From assembly GCF_963506605.1 (NCBI RefSeq), contig NC_083287.1, positions 57,722,001 through 57,786,000 of the forward strand: a DNA stretch of 64,000 nt, given 5' to 3'. Source of the DNA: Zootoca vivipara. Lineage: Eukaryota. The notes beneath the pieces are model-generated. The model did not search any database. It was not told where the DNA came from and saw only the letters and a list, made by a program, of their open reading frames with translations. Numbering within the stretch: the first letter of the stretch is position 1; the number at the start of each line of letters is the position of its first letter. A program made the translations under genes and the position numbers. Below, one piece after another: positions 63,140-64,000 of the stretch.

Positions 63140-63858
63140 TGGACAGACAGCTTTCAAAGGCTGAAAATAGACTGAGATAACGAACCATTATCAAACTATT
63201 GAATATTGAATAGATGAACAGTGAACCAGTTACTGGACTGTGCAAGACAGGATGAGCGGTAAGACAACATGTCTGGGTGAACCAAGGGATACATTGAGAA
63301 CATGATTGAGATAAATGACTGTTCTTAAAAAAGACATGTCGAAAGCTGGTCATAAAGACAGTATGAAAATATGATGGAAACCAAACTGTTTTCAACTATC
63401 ACTATTCATATCTATTTGAGGAACCAGCATGGCGACAGCTACCATTTAGTCCAACCCCCTTCAATACAAGACAATATAACTATATGGGGACCTGAGACTA
63501 TATAAGGACCTGGAAGGCCTTGGGAACTTTGCGTCCTGTCCTACCTGCAGGAGGATGCCATCCATTGACTCTTAAAAGAGACTGGCCATCTCTTTTAGTA
63601 GGTTCAACTATCTGGTTAGTATGAATGAGTGGAGTGAATGAGTGAATGGATGAGCTCTTATTATTTGTTAAACAATAAAGGGTTGTATTCTCATGAGATT
63701 TGTGTCACTTTGTCTTTCTTGAAAACACTCTGATAAAGGTAAAAGGAACTTAACTGTTCTTTTCATAACGGACGCTGGGCGGGGTCCGGTCACTGGTAGT
63801 GGCAGCCTGCTGAGGGTGTCTGCATGGCCCCTCACCTTCCTGGGCTCTGTATCTCTAC
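63140..63858 (+). mobile_element. Possible solo LTR
   Basis: TATA (~63498), AATAAA (~63675), ends ..CTACA; no TSD identified. Confidence 0.35.
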
Positions 63859-64000
63859 AATAACAGCTTCAAGGTCGGGGGGGGGGGAACCAACACGGCT
63901 ACCTACCTGTAGCTTCAAGGTCTTTTCCCTCCCTGGGCAGTTCCTTCATCCATGTTAAGCTCTTTGTTTCTAGCGTGTGGGATGAATCAAAGAAGGTCTT

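Overview
Vertebrate genomic DNA, most likely from a lacertid lizard (inferred from Sauria SINEs, BovB, and young L2/CR1 and hAT MITE families), with one 130-bp gap. It contains a CpG-island-driven C2H2 zinc-finger gene followed by a GIMAP (AIG1-family GTPase) cluster. The cluster has a minus-strand two-domain GIMAP (473 aa model), two plus-strand single-domain GIMAPs (223 aa; 265 aa with a C-terminal TM segment), and a GIMAP pseudogene broken by two small tandem duplications. Each GIMAP has an ISRE/IRF-type motif near its predicted 5' end. Intergenic DNA is dense in transposons. These include a near-intact Ty3/Gypsy LTR element, a Penelope-like remnant that reassembles with a minimal hammerhead ribozyme once nested inserts are removed, and a 5.5-kb BovB-cargo-BovB composite bounded by a single 12-bp TSD. 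A hAT MITE inside a GIMAP intron appears to carry a captured housekeeping promoter and splice donor. Exon models were derived by eye from splice signals and phase consistency, not from expression data.
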